Shown: positions 16,386 to 25,692, counted from the first letter of the stretch. The stretch: DNA of 64,000 nucleotides from Candidatus Pacearchaeota archaeon (GCA_050303855.1 JBNLCO010000004.1:7581-71580), one strand, 5' to 3'. Notes: generated by a model not told the origin, from the sequence alone. Translations and numbers: made by a program.

Positions 16386-18652
16386 AGTTCTTTGAGTTTA
16401 TTCAATATTTCGTCAATATTTTTATTATGAACTAAAAAGAAATGGAGGTTTTTATCTAAGGAACTCCAGATATTTCCAATTTCTTCTTTATATTGTGTGT
16501 CTTCATTGCTTATCCTATCTTCTCCTTTCCATTCTAATGCAATAATGTTCCCTTTTTTGGTTAATGCTATAAAATCTGGATAGAATTTATTCTTTTTCCA
16601 CCCTTGGATAAAGAAAGGGTCTTTCTTTTCTCTATTTCTTACCCAAAATTTAATATTATTTAATCCATCCAAATCTAGTCTTTGAACAAAATTCATTTCC
16701 TCTTTGTTTAATTTATCAACATTTTCATAATAGTTTTTGTTCCATTTTCTATCTGGTTCTTGACTTAAAATGATTGTTTCTGGAAATTTATCCAATTTCA
16801 TTACAGATATCTTCTTTTCTTTTAACATCTTTTCGAATTTGCCTTTGGAATAATCTTCTAAAATCTTTAATATTAGATCGCTTAGTTTTTCCAATAGGAT
16901 GAATCTGTTTACTGAGAGTTCTGAGATTGTTTTTTCTTTTAATTGTTCTTCAATTATTTTTCTAATGAACTTTACTTTATCTGGCTTATCTAGTAGTGTA
17001 AATCTCAATTTCTTATCTAACCATTGTATTAGTTCTTCTTTTGAGAAGTTTTTATCTTTGTAGGTTATATGGAGTGTTTGTTGAGCACTTCTTACCCATT
17101 TGTCTTTATCTTGGATATCTATTATTGCCTTGCCATCTCCATCATAAAACATCTCAAATTCAAATTTGTAATTTTGTTTTGAGAGTTCAAAGTCTTCTCC
17201 AATTAATTCTTCAAAGGATAATTTTTCTTTATCAAGGGACATTATTGGGATAAATAAATCTTCTTTGAATGATCTACTTATTTCTAGCTCATATTTTTGA
17301 TTTTTGTCTGTAGAATTAATTAAATCTAGTTTACTATATCCATTATTTTCTAGTCCTGAGATTATTTGATTTGCTGATTCATTAAAATTTTTAGCTGACG
17401 CAAAGATATAGCTTCTATTTAAAACTTCATTTTCCTTTTTTTGAGCATTAGGCATCCTTAAGACCCTTCCAATTATTTGTTCAACTGCAATTTTTGAACC
17501 GATGTTTGCCACTGAAATTAAAACATATGCAAAGGAACAGTCCCAACCTTCTGCTAGGGCATTTATTGTTATAATATATCTAATCTTACATTTTTGACTA
17601 AATAAGTTTATTCCTTCTAATTCATTCTTATTTGAGGTCTTTATTGCTATTTCCTCTTCAGGTATTTTTCTTTCTTTAATTAAAAAATCTTTGATTTTGT
17701 CTACAGTTACGCAATCTTTGTCTTTTTTATCCGATTCCGCTTGTAGAAGGGCTATGGGTCTTATATATTCATTTTTATTTTTCTTTGCTTGTTTTTCTAA
17801 TTCAATTCTTTCATTAACTCCTTTGATTATTGAATTTTGCCATTGTGCTGTACTTTCTAAGACTATTGGGAGTTTTACCATTTGTTCTTCTTTTAATTCT
17901 GAGGAATGTATCTCAACTAAAATATTGCTTTCTGTTCTAGGGGTTGCTGTATATTCTATAATAAAACTAGGATTTAGTTCCTTTAGAAATTCAATTGATA
18001 ATCTTGTTTTTGTTTTATGGCCCTCATCTATAATGATTAATGGGTTTGATATTCTTATTACGTTTGCTAGTGAATTAATTATTGTATTTTCTTCATCTTT
18101 TTCTAAGAATTCTTTTTCTTCTAAGTTTTCAAAATGACTTAGTAATGCCCCATTTTCTTGATAAACTTTATATTTATTTTGAAGTGCTCTTTCTTTTCTA
18201 AATGCTTCTAAACTAGAAATTATTATACATAAGTTGTCTTGCACATCTTCTTTTCTTATTCTTAACGCTTCCTCATTTGAGAAAATTCTTATATTATTAT
18301 CAAAAGCTTCATCCAATACTTTTCTATGCCAATCGTTTTTATCTTTAAACTTTCTTAGGGTTTGAGATTTTATGGATTCTGATGGAACAAACCACATTAT
18401 GATTCCCTTCTCCATTTTATTTTTTAAAACAGAGGACATTATTTCAACAACGGAATGGCATCCTACAAGAGTTTTTCCTCCTCCTGTAGGTATTTTCATG
18501 CAAATGAAAGGTGTTTCGTTAAAGAAATCCGACTTGTAAGGTTTATCTGTAATGCCCATAAATGCATATTTAGTTCCAACCCTTTCTAATTCTTTAAGAT
18601 AATTTCTCAATATTTCAATTGACTTTTGTTGATATTTTTTTAGTTCTACCAT
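16382..18652 (-). CDS. res: Type III restriction enzyme Res subunit (SF2 helicase plus C-terminal PD-ExK nuclease)
   Basis: PTGGGKT (motif I), IIIDEGHK (II), YTATP (III), QIIGRVLR (VI). The C-terminal YPDFIALTKKGNIIALEWKG is the nuclease core. Confidence 0.85.
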   Translation of the reverse strand: MVELKKYQQKSIEILRNYLKELERVGTKYAFMGITDKPYKSDFFNETPFICMKIPTGGGKTLVGCHSVVEIMSSVLKNKMEKGIIMWFVPSESIKSQTLRKFKDKNDWHRKVLDEAFDNNIRIFSNEEALRIRKEDVQDNLCIIISSLEAFRKERALQNKYKVYQENGALLSHFENLEEKEFLEKDEENTIINSLANVIRISNPLIIIDEGHKTKTRLSIEFLKELNPSFIIEYTATPRTESNILVEIHSSELKEEQMVKLPIVLESTAQWQNSIIKGVNERIELEKQAKKNKNEYIRPIALLQAESDKKDKDCVTVDKIKDFLIKERKIPEEEIAIKTSNKNELEGINLFSQKCKIRYIITINALAEGWDCSFAYVLISVANIGSKIAVEQIIGRVLRMPNAQKKENEVLNRSYIFASAKNFNESANQIISGLENNGYSKLDLINSTDKNQKYELEISRSFKEDLFIPIMSLDKEKLSFEELIGEDFELSKQNYKFEFEMFYDGDGKAIIDIQDKDKWVRSAQQTLHITYKDKNFSKEELIQWLDKKLRFTLLDKPDKVKFIRKIIEEQLKEKTISELSVNRFILLEKLSDLILKILEDYSKGKFEKMLKEKKISVMKLDKFPETIILSQEPDRKWNKNYYENVDKLNKEEMNFVQRLDLDGLNNIKFWVRNREKKDPFFIQGWKKNKFYPDFIALTKKGNIIALEWKGEDRISNEDTQYKEEIGNIWSSLDKNLHFFLVHNKNIDEILNKLKEL

Positions 18653-18653
18653 T

Positions 18654-19418
18654 TTAATTAATTGAATCCTCTGCTGATTTAATCATTTCTCTTATAATCT
18701 CCTTTATTTCATTGGCATCTTCATTTTTATAATTTTCAGAATGCACATATCTTGCAGAATCTCTCAAACTTTTTAGTTTAGATAAAATAGTGCTAAATTC
18801 TGGTTTAATGTTTCCTAAATTTGCCCAACTAGTCAATTTTTTCTCTATTTTTCCATGAATGCGGAACGATTTGTCATTTAAAATATCCTTATCTGGCAAT
18901 ATTAACAAAATACTCTTCGCAGATAATTCCGCAGTTGCAAAGGCATTTTCATAGAATGCCCTTAATCTATTCTTTTCTAAACTATCAATAGCAGTTTCAT
19001 AAAATTCTTTTGATGCTTCAATATGCTCTTTTATTTTCTCTTTATTATATCTAGCATCAAAGGAGATAATCCAATTATTTTTAAAAAGCAAGAGAGTTAT
19101 ATGACCACAATTAACATCTTCGTCGGTTAATTCAACTCCCCCAATCTCACCTATATCAGATTCATAGACTAATTCTCCTTTTTGTATGTCTCTAGTGGCT
19201 TTTCCATGTATAATCGCTTTGACTTCTTCATTTAACCTAATATCGTTTTTTCCTTTATCTAAGTTAAAAACAATTTGTATTCTTGTTATCGGGATTCCTT
19301 CTTTTATTGTCCTTCTTTTTATTCTTCTTTCTATCTCAGGGTTAACGAAGATGTCCATTACTTGTTGAAAAACTCTTTGTTTTGTTTCATCATCAAAATT
19401 TAATTTTTCTTCTACCAT
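18654..19418 (-). CDS. HEPN-domain protein embedded between mod and res
   Basis: The C-terminal ~120 aa follow the classic HEPN helical pattern (EASKEFYETAIDSLEKNRLRAFYENAFATAELSAKSILL..HGK..LKSLRDSARYVH). RDSARYVH fits Rx6H. The N-terminal ~130 aa are unassigned. Confidence 0.55.
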   Translation of the reverse strand: MVEEKLNFDDETKQRVFQQVMDIFVNPEIERRIKRRTIKEGIPITRIQIVFNLDKGKNDIRLNEEVKAIIHGKATRDIQKGELVYESDIGEIGGVELTDEDVNCGHITLLLFKNNWIISFDARYNKEKIKEHIEASKEFYETAIDSLEKNRLRAFYENAFATAELSAKSILLILPDKDILNDKSFRIHGKIEKKLTSWANLGNIKPEFSTILSKLKSLRDSARYVHSENYKNEDANEIKEIIREMIKSAEDSIN

Positions 19419-19419
19419 C

Positions 19420-20952
19420 TTAGTAAACTTTCACCTCATAAGGGATTTGTTTAAATTGTATGTTGAATTTTTCTAAAGTGTCCTCATCAACCATACAAAA
19501 GTCGGCATAAATGACTTTTTTATTCCTTGTTTTTTTAATTTTAGATAAGAATGACTTATTTAGAACATTTTTGTATTTTTCTTTATAAATTAAATAATAT
19601 TCTGTTTCTCCAGTTTCCCCTATGAAATTTTTATCAATTTGTTTTTTATCTATGTTTGTTTGAGTTTCTGTAAAGTAAATATAAGTTGCAAATTGGTTAA
19701 AGTCACAAGTTTCTTCTATTTGCCCGTTTTCATCAAATAGGGGTTTATCTAATTCGCAATATTCAAATCCATCTTTATAACCATATTTTTCTATTGCTCT
19801 TTTAATTCTTTCAGCTGTTATTTTTTTTGCAATATCATCTTCCATTTCAATTAAAATAAATTTTCTGTTTCCCCCATCTTCTTTATTTAAATCTAAAACT
19901 GCGTGTCCTGTTGTCCCTGAACCTGCGAAAGAGTCTAAGATTATATCTTCCCCAGAAGAGCTTAAATGAATAATTCTTTTCAAAAATGAAACTGGTTTTG
20001 GTGTGTCGAATTCCTTACTCCCCTCAAAAAGTTTCATTAACTCTTTTGTTCCCTCAGTTGCGGTTCCAACATCATCCCAGATTGTAAAAGGGTTTGTGCC
20101 TTTTTCTAATGCCTCAGACTTAAATCTTTTGTATTGAGGTTTTGAATTACCTGTCTTGCCAAACACAATACGATTGTCATTTAATGCCTCAAGATATTTG
20201 TCTTTTGTAAATCTCCAATGTCTACCTTTTGGAGGGACATAAATTTTCCCTGTGTTTTGATTTTTTATTTCGTATTCTAAATTTGGTCTTATTGCGGGAG
20301 CATCCATTGGATCAGCCACCCAATCCCCTCTAGGATCATTGTCGGGGTTTGAAAATTTACTATCATCTATCCCAAGAGAATTTAACTTCAATCCATTTCT
20401 TTTCTTAGCAAAACAAAGAGTATAATTATGGGATAATGAAACATCTATATCATTCTGGCTCGACTTTCTATGTTTCCAAATAAAATCTGCGATAAAATTT
20501 TCCTCTCCAAAAATCTCATCCATCAAAAGTTTCAGATGTGATTGTTCATGGTCATCAATACTTACAAAAATGACTCCATCCTCACTTAATAAATCTCGAA
20601 GAAGTTTCAATCTTGGGTACATCATACAAAGCCATTTATCATGCCTACATAAATCCTGAGTTTCTCCTCCAACAACTTTTCCAAGCCATTTCTTTATTTT
20701 TGGAGAATTAACTTTGTCATTATAAACCCAATTTTCATTTCCGGTGTTATAAGGGGGATCTATATAGATGCATTTTACTTTTCCAATATAATAAGGCATA
20801 AGTGCTTTAAGCCCTTCTAAATTATCTCCTTTTATAATTAGATTTTGAGAATCCCCTACAGAATGAACTTTAATCTTTTTTAATAGTCTAAATGGTACTT
20901 CTTTGTCATGATTAACAACCGCTTCTTTTCCAATCCAGTTTAAGGTGGGCAT
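19420..20952 (-). CDS. mod: Type III R-M Mod DNA methyltransferase (N6A/N4C, beta class)
   Basis: IYIDPPYNTG (motif IV), HDKWLCMMYPRLKLLRDLLSEDGVIFVSIDD and DSFAGSGTTGHA (motif I). Confidence 0.9.
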   Translation of the reverse strand: MPTLNWIGKEAVVNHDKEVPFRLLKKIKVHSVGDSQNLIIKGDNLEGLKALMPYYIGKVKCIYIDPPYNTGNENWVYNDKVNSPKIKKWLGKVVGGETQDLCRHDKWLCMMYPRLKLLRDLLSEDGVIFVSIDDHEQSHLKLLMDEIFGEENFIADFIWKHRKSSQNDIDVSLSHNYTLCFAKKRNGLKLNSLGIDDSKFSNPDNDPRGDWVADPMDAPAIRPNLEYEIKNQNTGKIYVPPKGRHWRFTKDKYLEALNDNRIVFGKTGNSKPQYKRFKSEALEKGTNPFTIWDDVGTATEGTKELMKLFEGSKEFDTPKPVSFLKRIIHLSSSGEDIILDSFAGSGTTGHAVLDLNKEDGGNRKFILIEMEDDIAKKITAERIKRAIEKYGYKDGFEYCELDKPLFDENGQIEETCDFNQFATYIYFTETQTNIDKKQIDKNFIGETGETEYYLIYKEKYKNVLNKSFLSKIKKTRNKKVIYADFCMVDEDTLEKFNIQFKQIPYEVKVY

Positions 20953-20986
20953 GATTAGTAATATTAATAATCATATTTAATATTTT

Positions 20987-21925
20987 CTACTTAATCCAAT
21001 CTCTTAAATTTGAAGGAGGCTTATTTCTCTTCTCCATTTCTTTTTCAATAATTGTTATCACTTCTTGATCCAAAGTAAATATTATTTCCTGTTTACATAT
21101 AAAACACTCGGAATTTGATGTTTTTACCTTTAATTTATAAAAATATCCAAATGAGCTAATTAATCGGCTTTTTCTTATTGTAACGATGTATTTTGCTATA
21201 TCTAAATCTGTTTGAAAGTCATCTTTATTGGAAGAAATGTATTTCAACATATAATTTAGGGTAAATCTTACCGTTCCTTGCTTTGAAACATGTATATTTA
21301 CTCTTCTTTTTGAAGATTGTTTGAAAAGTCTTACAATTTTGGAATCTTTTTGCGTTCTAACCTTATTATCTATAGATCTCCCGTAAATTATTGCATGTAA
21401 ATGAATATTCCAATTTCCTTCTGTGCCTTTTGTTTCTATTACATATAAGCCTCCTTTTATTCTCTGTTTGATATAGTCATGTCTTAAGAACTTTGAAAAG
21501 GATTGTTTAAGGTGTTTCATTCCTTCTTTTAAGTCTTCATAATTTTTTGGGGATATTGTAAGAAAATATATGAATTCTTTCCTATTTTGATTTATTCCTT
21601 TGAGTAATGGTAGATACTTTCTAGATATCTTTCTTTTTCTTATTTTTGAGCATTTAGGACACGTTCTAAGGTTACAATGATGTTCTAGTGGGAAAATCCT
21701 ATTTCCGCATCCACAAGAAGCCATTGCTCTAAATCCTGATTTTACTCCACACTTCAATAAAGAATTTAGTGATTTCTCTGGATATCCTAATTCCAATAAA
21801 TGTGAAGTTATTGCACTATTACCAAGTAAAAGGTTGGCTTCGCCAACCGGGGGAAAATCTTGAACGCGAGACTCCTGACTAAAGTCTACGGAGTCTCGCT
21901 CTAAAGATATAGAATTTTTTAACAT
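20987..21925 (-). CDS. rep: rolling-circle replication initiator (HUH, Rep_1/pC194-like) with N-terminal zinc finger
   Basis: FIYFLTISP (motif 1), WNIHLHAIIY (HUH), LNYMLKYISS (catalytic Tyr motif) and KCG..CGCG..HHCNLRTCPKC. The track start at 21946 is TTG, and the first ATG is at 21925. Confidence 0.7.
   Translation of the reverse strand: MLKNSISLERDSVDFSQESRVQDFPPVGEANLLLGNSAITSHLLELGYPEKSLNSLLKCGVKSGFRAMASCGCGNRIFPLEHHCNLRTCPKCSKIRKRKISRKYLPLLKGINQNRKEFIYFLTISPKNYEDLKEGMKHLKQSFSKFLRHDYIKQRIKGGLYVIETKGTEGNWNIHLHAIIYGRSIDNKVRTQKDSKIVRLFKQSSKRRVNIHVSKQGTVRFTLNYMLKYISSNKDDFQTDLDIAKYIVTIRKSRLISSFGYFYKLKVKTSNSECFICKQEIIFTLDQEVITIIEKEMEKRNKPPSNLRDWIK
21866..21899. promoter_or_regulatory. perfect 10-bp inverted repeat (candidate RCR origin hairpin) inside the rep 5' end
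   Basis: GCGAGACTCC-N14-GGAGTCTCGC. The loop TGACTAAAGTCTAC contains an inner GACT/AGTC palindrome. A second GC hairpin, GGTTGGC-TTC-GCCAACC, lies at 21832..21848. Confidence 0.4.
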
Positions 21926-21979
21926 AGTCGGAAAACAAGATTCCAACTTATAACCGACCTGTATAAACTTTGTACAAAA

Positions 21980-22180
21980 TTAGTTTTTTTGTAAGATTTT
22001 GTCCATCTTTTTTTCTATTCTCATCAAAATATCTTTCTCTTTTTCTTTGCCTAACCATTCATCAAAGATTTTTCTAATTAATTCCGCGAGAGAAAGTCCT
22101 TCTTCTTTTGCCCTCTCTTTTAATTTTTTCTCGAGAGCAATTTTCATACTTATACGATAAGTATAATTATTCCCGGGCAT
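21980..22180 (-). CDS. ribbon-helix-helix (CopG/Arc-like) protein
   Basis: YRISMKIALEKKLKERAKEEGLSLAELIRKIFDEWL has the beta-alpha-alpha RHH pattern. It lies immediately upstream of rep. Confidence 0.7.
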   Translation of the reverse strand: MPGNNYTYRISMKIALEKKLKERAKEEGLSLAELIRKIFDEWLGKEKEKDILMRIEKKMDKILQKN

Positions 22181-22289
22181 CTTTCAACCCCTGAAAAGCA
22201 TTTAGTAACTCATCTAATTGAGAATTAAGCTCTTTTAATTTAGAAATAATTTCTTGACCAATATCTGTACTGGGATTTTTGTTTTCCAT
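22167..22289 (-). CDS. possible 40-aa coiled-coil ORF overlapping the RHH start
   Basis: My translation is MENKNPSTDIGQEIISKLKELNSQLDELLNAFQGLKDARE*. It overlaps the RHH ATG by 14 nt and is below the track size cutoff. Confidence 0.25.
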   Translation of the reverse strand: MENKNPSTDIGQEIISKLKELNSQLDELLNAFQGLKDARE

Positions 22290-22415
22290 TAGCGTTCTTA
22301 ATAATTTTAATTGAACGCTACCCAGTCGCTATACACGTCGTATTTTTTTGTGTTTGGTAACTCGACCCCGTGTATCCAGTTAATAGAGTTAGTTAAGTTG
22401 TATTTAAAAATTTTA

Positions 22416-22434
22416 TGTGTATAATTGATACACA
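22416..22434. promoter_or_regulatory. perfect 7-bp inverted repeat TGTGTAT-N5-ATACACA
   Basis: Lies in the divergent intergenic region between the RHH-rep operon and the plus-strand membrane-protein genes. Confidence 0.35.
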
Positions 22435-22468
22435 TATCTATAAATATTATTTAATTTTAGGAAGAACA

Positions 22469-22849
22469 ATGGAAGAGTTTATTGAAGATATTGCAGAGAA
22501 GGGTTTGGGTTGGTTGGAAAAGAATTGGAAAAGGGTGTTAATATTTCTAGCAATTGTAATTTTATTTGGAGGTATTTTGGCTTCTATAAAATCTGATGTT
22601 AAAGATACTGAAGAGGAAATGAAAAAAGAATCGGTTGGAGTAATTGTTGAGACTTTTACTGAAACTGGAGATGCATTAACAGAAACTATTGATGATCCTG
22701 CTCTCAAAATGGAAATAAAAGGAATGTGGATATTTTTAGGATTAATGTTTGCGTTAGTTGTTGTTTTAATGATTGCAAAAGCATTCAAACCAATTTATGA
22801 TGCTCTCAGTGCTTGGCAAATTTCTGGAAGAGTTGTGCACAGAATTTAA
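22469..22849 (+). CDS. hypothetical 2-TM membrane protein
   Basis: Hydrophobic helices VLIFLAIVILFGGILASI and MWIFLGLMFALVVVLMIA. I prefer the ATG at 22469 to 22415, which overlaps the inverted repeat. Confidence 0.45.
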   Translation: MEEFIEDIAEKGLGWLEKNWKRVLIFLAIVILFGGILASIKSDVKDTEEEMKKESVGVIVETFTETGDALTETIDDPALKMEIKGMWIFLGLMFALVVVLMIAKAFKPIYDALSAWQISGRVVHRI

Positions 22850-22935
22850 GAAAAATATATAAACTTCTTATGTATTAATCTTGTATAAATAAAGTCGTAG
22901 TACATTTCTATGACTCGACAAAAACTATCTCAGTT

Positions 22936-22947
22936 CGGTCGGGGCGT
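22936..22947 (+). repeat. att core copy 2
   Basis: CGGTCGGGGCGT, identical to tRNA-Asp positions 11806..11817. Confidence 0.65.
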
Positions 22948-23017
22948 TCTCATAGTGTGAAACATTTAGGGTTTTCTTGGAAGTAATCTTTAAATAAATT
23001 AGATTAAGTGTTTTTTC

Positions 23018-23737
23018 ATGAATAATAAATCCAATTCAGAAAAACCTCTTAATTGGAATTGGACAATTTCTCTAATTATTATCACCTTGGTTTTAGCAAT
23101 CTTAATTAATGTATTTCTTGTTCCTGATCGAGAGGTTCCTGACAATTTGCCTAGGATAGTCCAAGATAATATTACTTATATTAATCTTAGTCAAAATGAT
23201 TTAGAAAATAATATTCAAGAAAGTATAAATTCTGGTTCATTTGCTGAAATCTTGTGGAAAATTATTTATCTTGGTTCTGGAAGGGATAAGCTTTGTTTTG
23301 AAAGCTTTGGAGGTTCCCCTGAATTTAACGTTTCAGTTAACAATGACTTTGGAGAATTTTATAATTTGACCAATAAAAAGTGTTTTAGCATTCCTAAACG
23401 AAAGGATAAGACTACTTTTAATTTAAAATATCATCTAATGTTAACTATTCCTCAAATTGAGTCTGGGAAAATTGTTGATAAAAGTGAGTGCCTACCAGAA
23501 ACAATAGATGAAAGCATAAATGAAACTTGTATTTTAGATGGAGTTTCTTATATTTGTCACCCTTGTTATACTTCTCCTGTGAGAGTTGAGTACGGGCCCT
23601 TGCCTGAAATAAAGACTTATTTTGAAGCTAATCTTTTCCATAAATTTATTAAATTCCTTTTTGTTTTTATTGTAACATCTATGTTTATTAAAGAATTGGT
23701 TGAAACTTTTGATTTTTTTAAAAAAAAAGAAAAATGA
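23018..23737 (+). CDS. hypothetical membrane-anchored Cys-containing protein
   Basis: N-terminal TM (WTISLIIITLVLAILINVFLV), a Cys-bearing ectodomain and a C-terminal TM. Confidence 0.5.
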   Translation: MNNKSNSEKPLNWNWTISLIIITLVLAILINVFLVPDREVPDNLPRIVQDNITYINLSQNDLENNIQESINSGSFAEILWKIIYLGSGRDKLCFESFGGSPEFNVSVNNDFGEFYNLTNKKCFSIPKRKDKTTFNLKYHLMLTIPQIESGKIVDKSECLPETIDESINETCILDGVSYICHPCYTSPVRVEYGPLPEIKTYFEANLFHKFIKFLFVFIVTSMFIKELVETFDFFKKKEK

Positions 23738-24324
23738 ATCTGGACAAAATAAATAACCTTTGGAAGAAACTTGTTTCTTGGTATGAAAAGAGAACAAAGG
23801 ATAGCAAGAAGGAAATCAATAGAAGTTTAGATTTTCTTGAATCTGATCTTTTCTATTTTTTGAAGTTGATCTTTACCAAAAAGGAAATTTATGAGGATGA
23901 TCTAATTACTAAGAGGCATTTGAGCCTTGAGCGGTTTAATTTATTGAGGGATTTATCAATATCTAGAGGTTATGTTATTCCAATGGTTGCCTCTGTCCCT
24001 CGTTTTGGGACCGTTTATGGGATTACTTCTGAAGGAATTGATTATCTCTTGGGATCTGAAAAAATACGCGCTGAGAGTAAAAGTTCGGATACTATAAAAT
24101 GGGCTACAATTGTTTTGGCAATCTCCGCTTTTGTTCAATTGGTGGATATATGGGTCAATAAACCTGAGACTAAGAGTGCTGTTCTAAATTTGATCTGGAA
24201 AACAATTGGCTTAATACTTGAGATCATTAGACAAGCTTTACCTTTTATAATTGTTTTCTCTATTTTGATTTTAATCTTAAAGATTATTAAAAAAAGGAGG
24301 AGCAAAAAAGTATTACTTAACTAG
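23734..24324 (+). CDS. hypothetical protein with C-terminal TM helices
   Basis: Its start overlaps the previous stop (ATGA). There are two C-terminal hydrophobic helices. Confidence 0.5.
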   Translation: MNLDKINNLWKKLVSWYEKRTKDSKKEINRSLDFLESDLFYFLKLIFTKKEIYEDDLITKRHLSLERFNLLRDLSISRGYVIPMVASVPRFGTVYGITSEGIDYLLGSEKIRAESKSSDTIKWATIVLAISAFVQLVDIWVNKPETKSAVLNLIWKTIGLILEIIRQALPFIIVFSILILILKIIKKRRSKKVLLN

Positions 24325-24366
24325 ATTTTATACAACCTAGATAATAGCCTTCTTCACATGAATGTT

Positions 24367-24744
24367 CTATTTGAGGTTGATCATAACAAAATAGTTTGTA
24401 GAAAGATATCTTTCTCCATTTTGCTTAACTATTTCCCCTTTTTGCATTTTTGAAAATAGTAAGACCAATTGGTCTTCTGTTATTTTGGTTATATTGTCCA
24501 AACCATATATTTCCTTAAATTTTCTAGAGTAAAAAATCATCTTTTCCCTTAATGTGTTAAGCCTAATATAACTTATTCCACCTTTTACGTTTTTTAGAGA
24601 TACATTTAGCCCGTGTTCCATATCTGAGAGGTATTGAATTGTTAAATCCGAATTTTCCTTACTCATTTCTGGGATTCCCGTTTCTCTAACCTTTTGCATC
24701 CATGCTTTGAATCTCTCTTCATGTTTGTAGGGATCAATTTTCAT
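24367..24744 (-). pseudogene. truncated tyrosine-integrase N-terminal fragment
   Basis: MKIDPYKHEERF..IQYLSDMEHGLNVSLKNVKG..LNTLREKMIFYSRKFKEIYGLDNIT.. is collinear with residues 1-~120 of the 11895..13049 integrase. It ends before any catalytic motif. Confidence 0.75.
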
Positions 24745-24846
24745 AAATAATTTTGGTGAATTTCTTTATAAGAAACTTGTAGCAAGGTTGTACATGTACC
24801 TGGTTTGTATGGGAAAATTTAAGTATATTCTTATACCAAAAAAATA

Positions 24847-25662
24847 ATGGATAATGCCCAAACTTATTATATTTTCTCAGACGAATCTGGATATTTTGAT
24901 AAGAATAATTTTTATTTAAGATCTAGTTTTATGATTCTTGCAAAGGAATATCAAGAGTTAACTAGAGATTTTTTGTCTTTGAAGGATCAATTTAATATTC
25001 CTCGAAATAAAGAATTTAAGTACCATTTTTTGTACCAGGTTAAACAGTATCAAGAAAAAGGGGTGAATAAGATGAGTAAAGATGTAGAATATTTTAAAGA
25101 TATTCCTTATGCTAGTTTAATGGATTTTGTTAGATCTTCTATAAGATTGTTATCTAAATATGATGTTCAAATCCATAATATTTTTACTAAGTTTGTTCTT
25201 AAAAGATTTAAAACTCAGGAGGATATAGAAACGGATTTTATGAAAGTTCTTTTAAGTCAAATTGAAATGGATCTTCAAAATAAGACTACTCCTTCTTTTG
25301 GAGTTGTTTTTTATGATGATACCGAAATAAGAGATACTCTTTGTAAAGCATATAATCAGATATTTATGGAGGCTAAGTTTATTGAAAAATATTCTCAAAT
25401 AAAGGATTCTCTATCTTTTGATATATCTACTTACTCTACAGGAATACAACTTGTCGATTACATTGTTGGAACAATTCATAGTTTTCTTAGAGGTTATAAA
25501 GAAGGAACAGAAATATTTCATGAAGATATTTCTCCTAGATTGAGAAGAAAGAAAGGCTATACTTTAGATAAAGTGGGTTTTATTCCAAGATATCTTGCAG
25601 GAGCTCCATTTTTAGAGGAGGTTTCTAATGAAATCTTTACTAGGATAGAGAATAAATCTTGA
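24847..25662 (+). CDS. DUF3800-family protein
   Basis: N-terminal YYIFSDESGY and C-terminal GIQLVDYIVGTIHSF match the DUF3800 hallmark (DESG ... Q-x-x-D). Confidence 0.55.
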   Translation: MDNAQTYYIFSDESGYFDKNNFYLRSSFMILAKEYQELTRDFLSLKDQFNIPRNKEFKYHFLYQVKQYQEKGVNKMSKDVEYFKDIPYASLMDFVRSSIRLLSKYDVQIHNIFTKFVLKRFKTQEDIETDFMKVLLSQIEMDLQNKTTPSFGVVFYDDTEIRDTLCKAYNQIFMEAKFIEKYSQIKDSLSFDISTYSTGIQLVDYIVGTIHSFLRGYKEGTEIFHEDISPRLRRKKGYTLDKVGFIPRYLAGAPFLEEVSNEIFTRIENKS

Positions 25663-25692
25663 TTATTAACTTGGGATAATAATCTTTATAAT

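Larger units (their letters stand above)
11817..22947. mobile_element. integrated element E1 (integrase, nucleases, Type III R-M operon, RCR Rep, RHH)
   Basis: Bounded by the tRNA-Asp 3' end and a 12-nt direct repeat of it. The integrase gene lies next to the tRNA. An 11-nt inverted motif AGAAATGTACT sits 22-27 nt inside each end (11839..11849 and 22899..22909). Confidence 0.65.
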
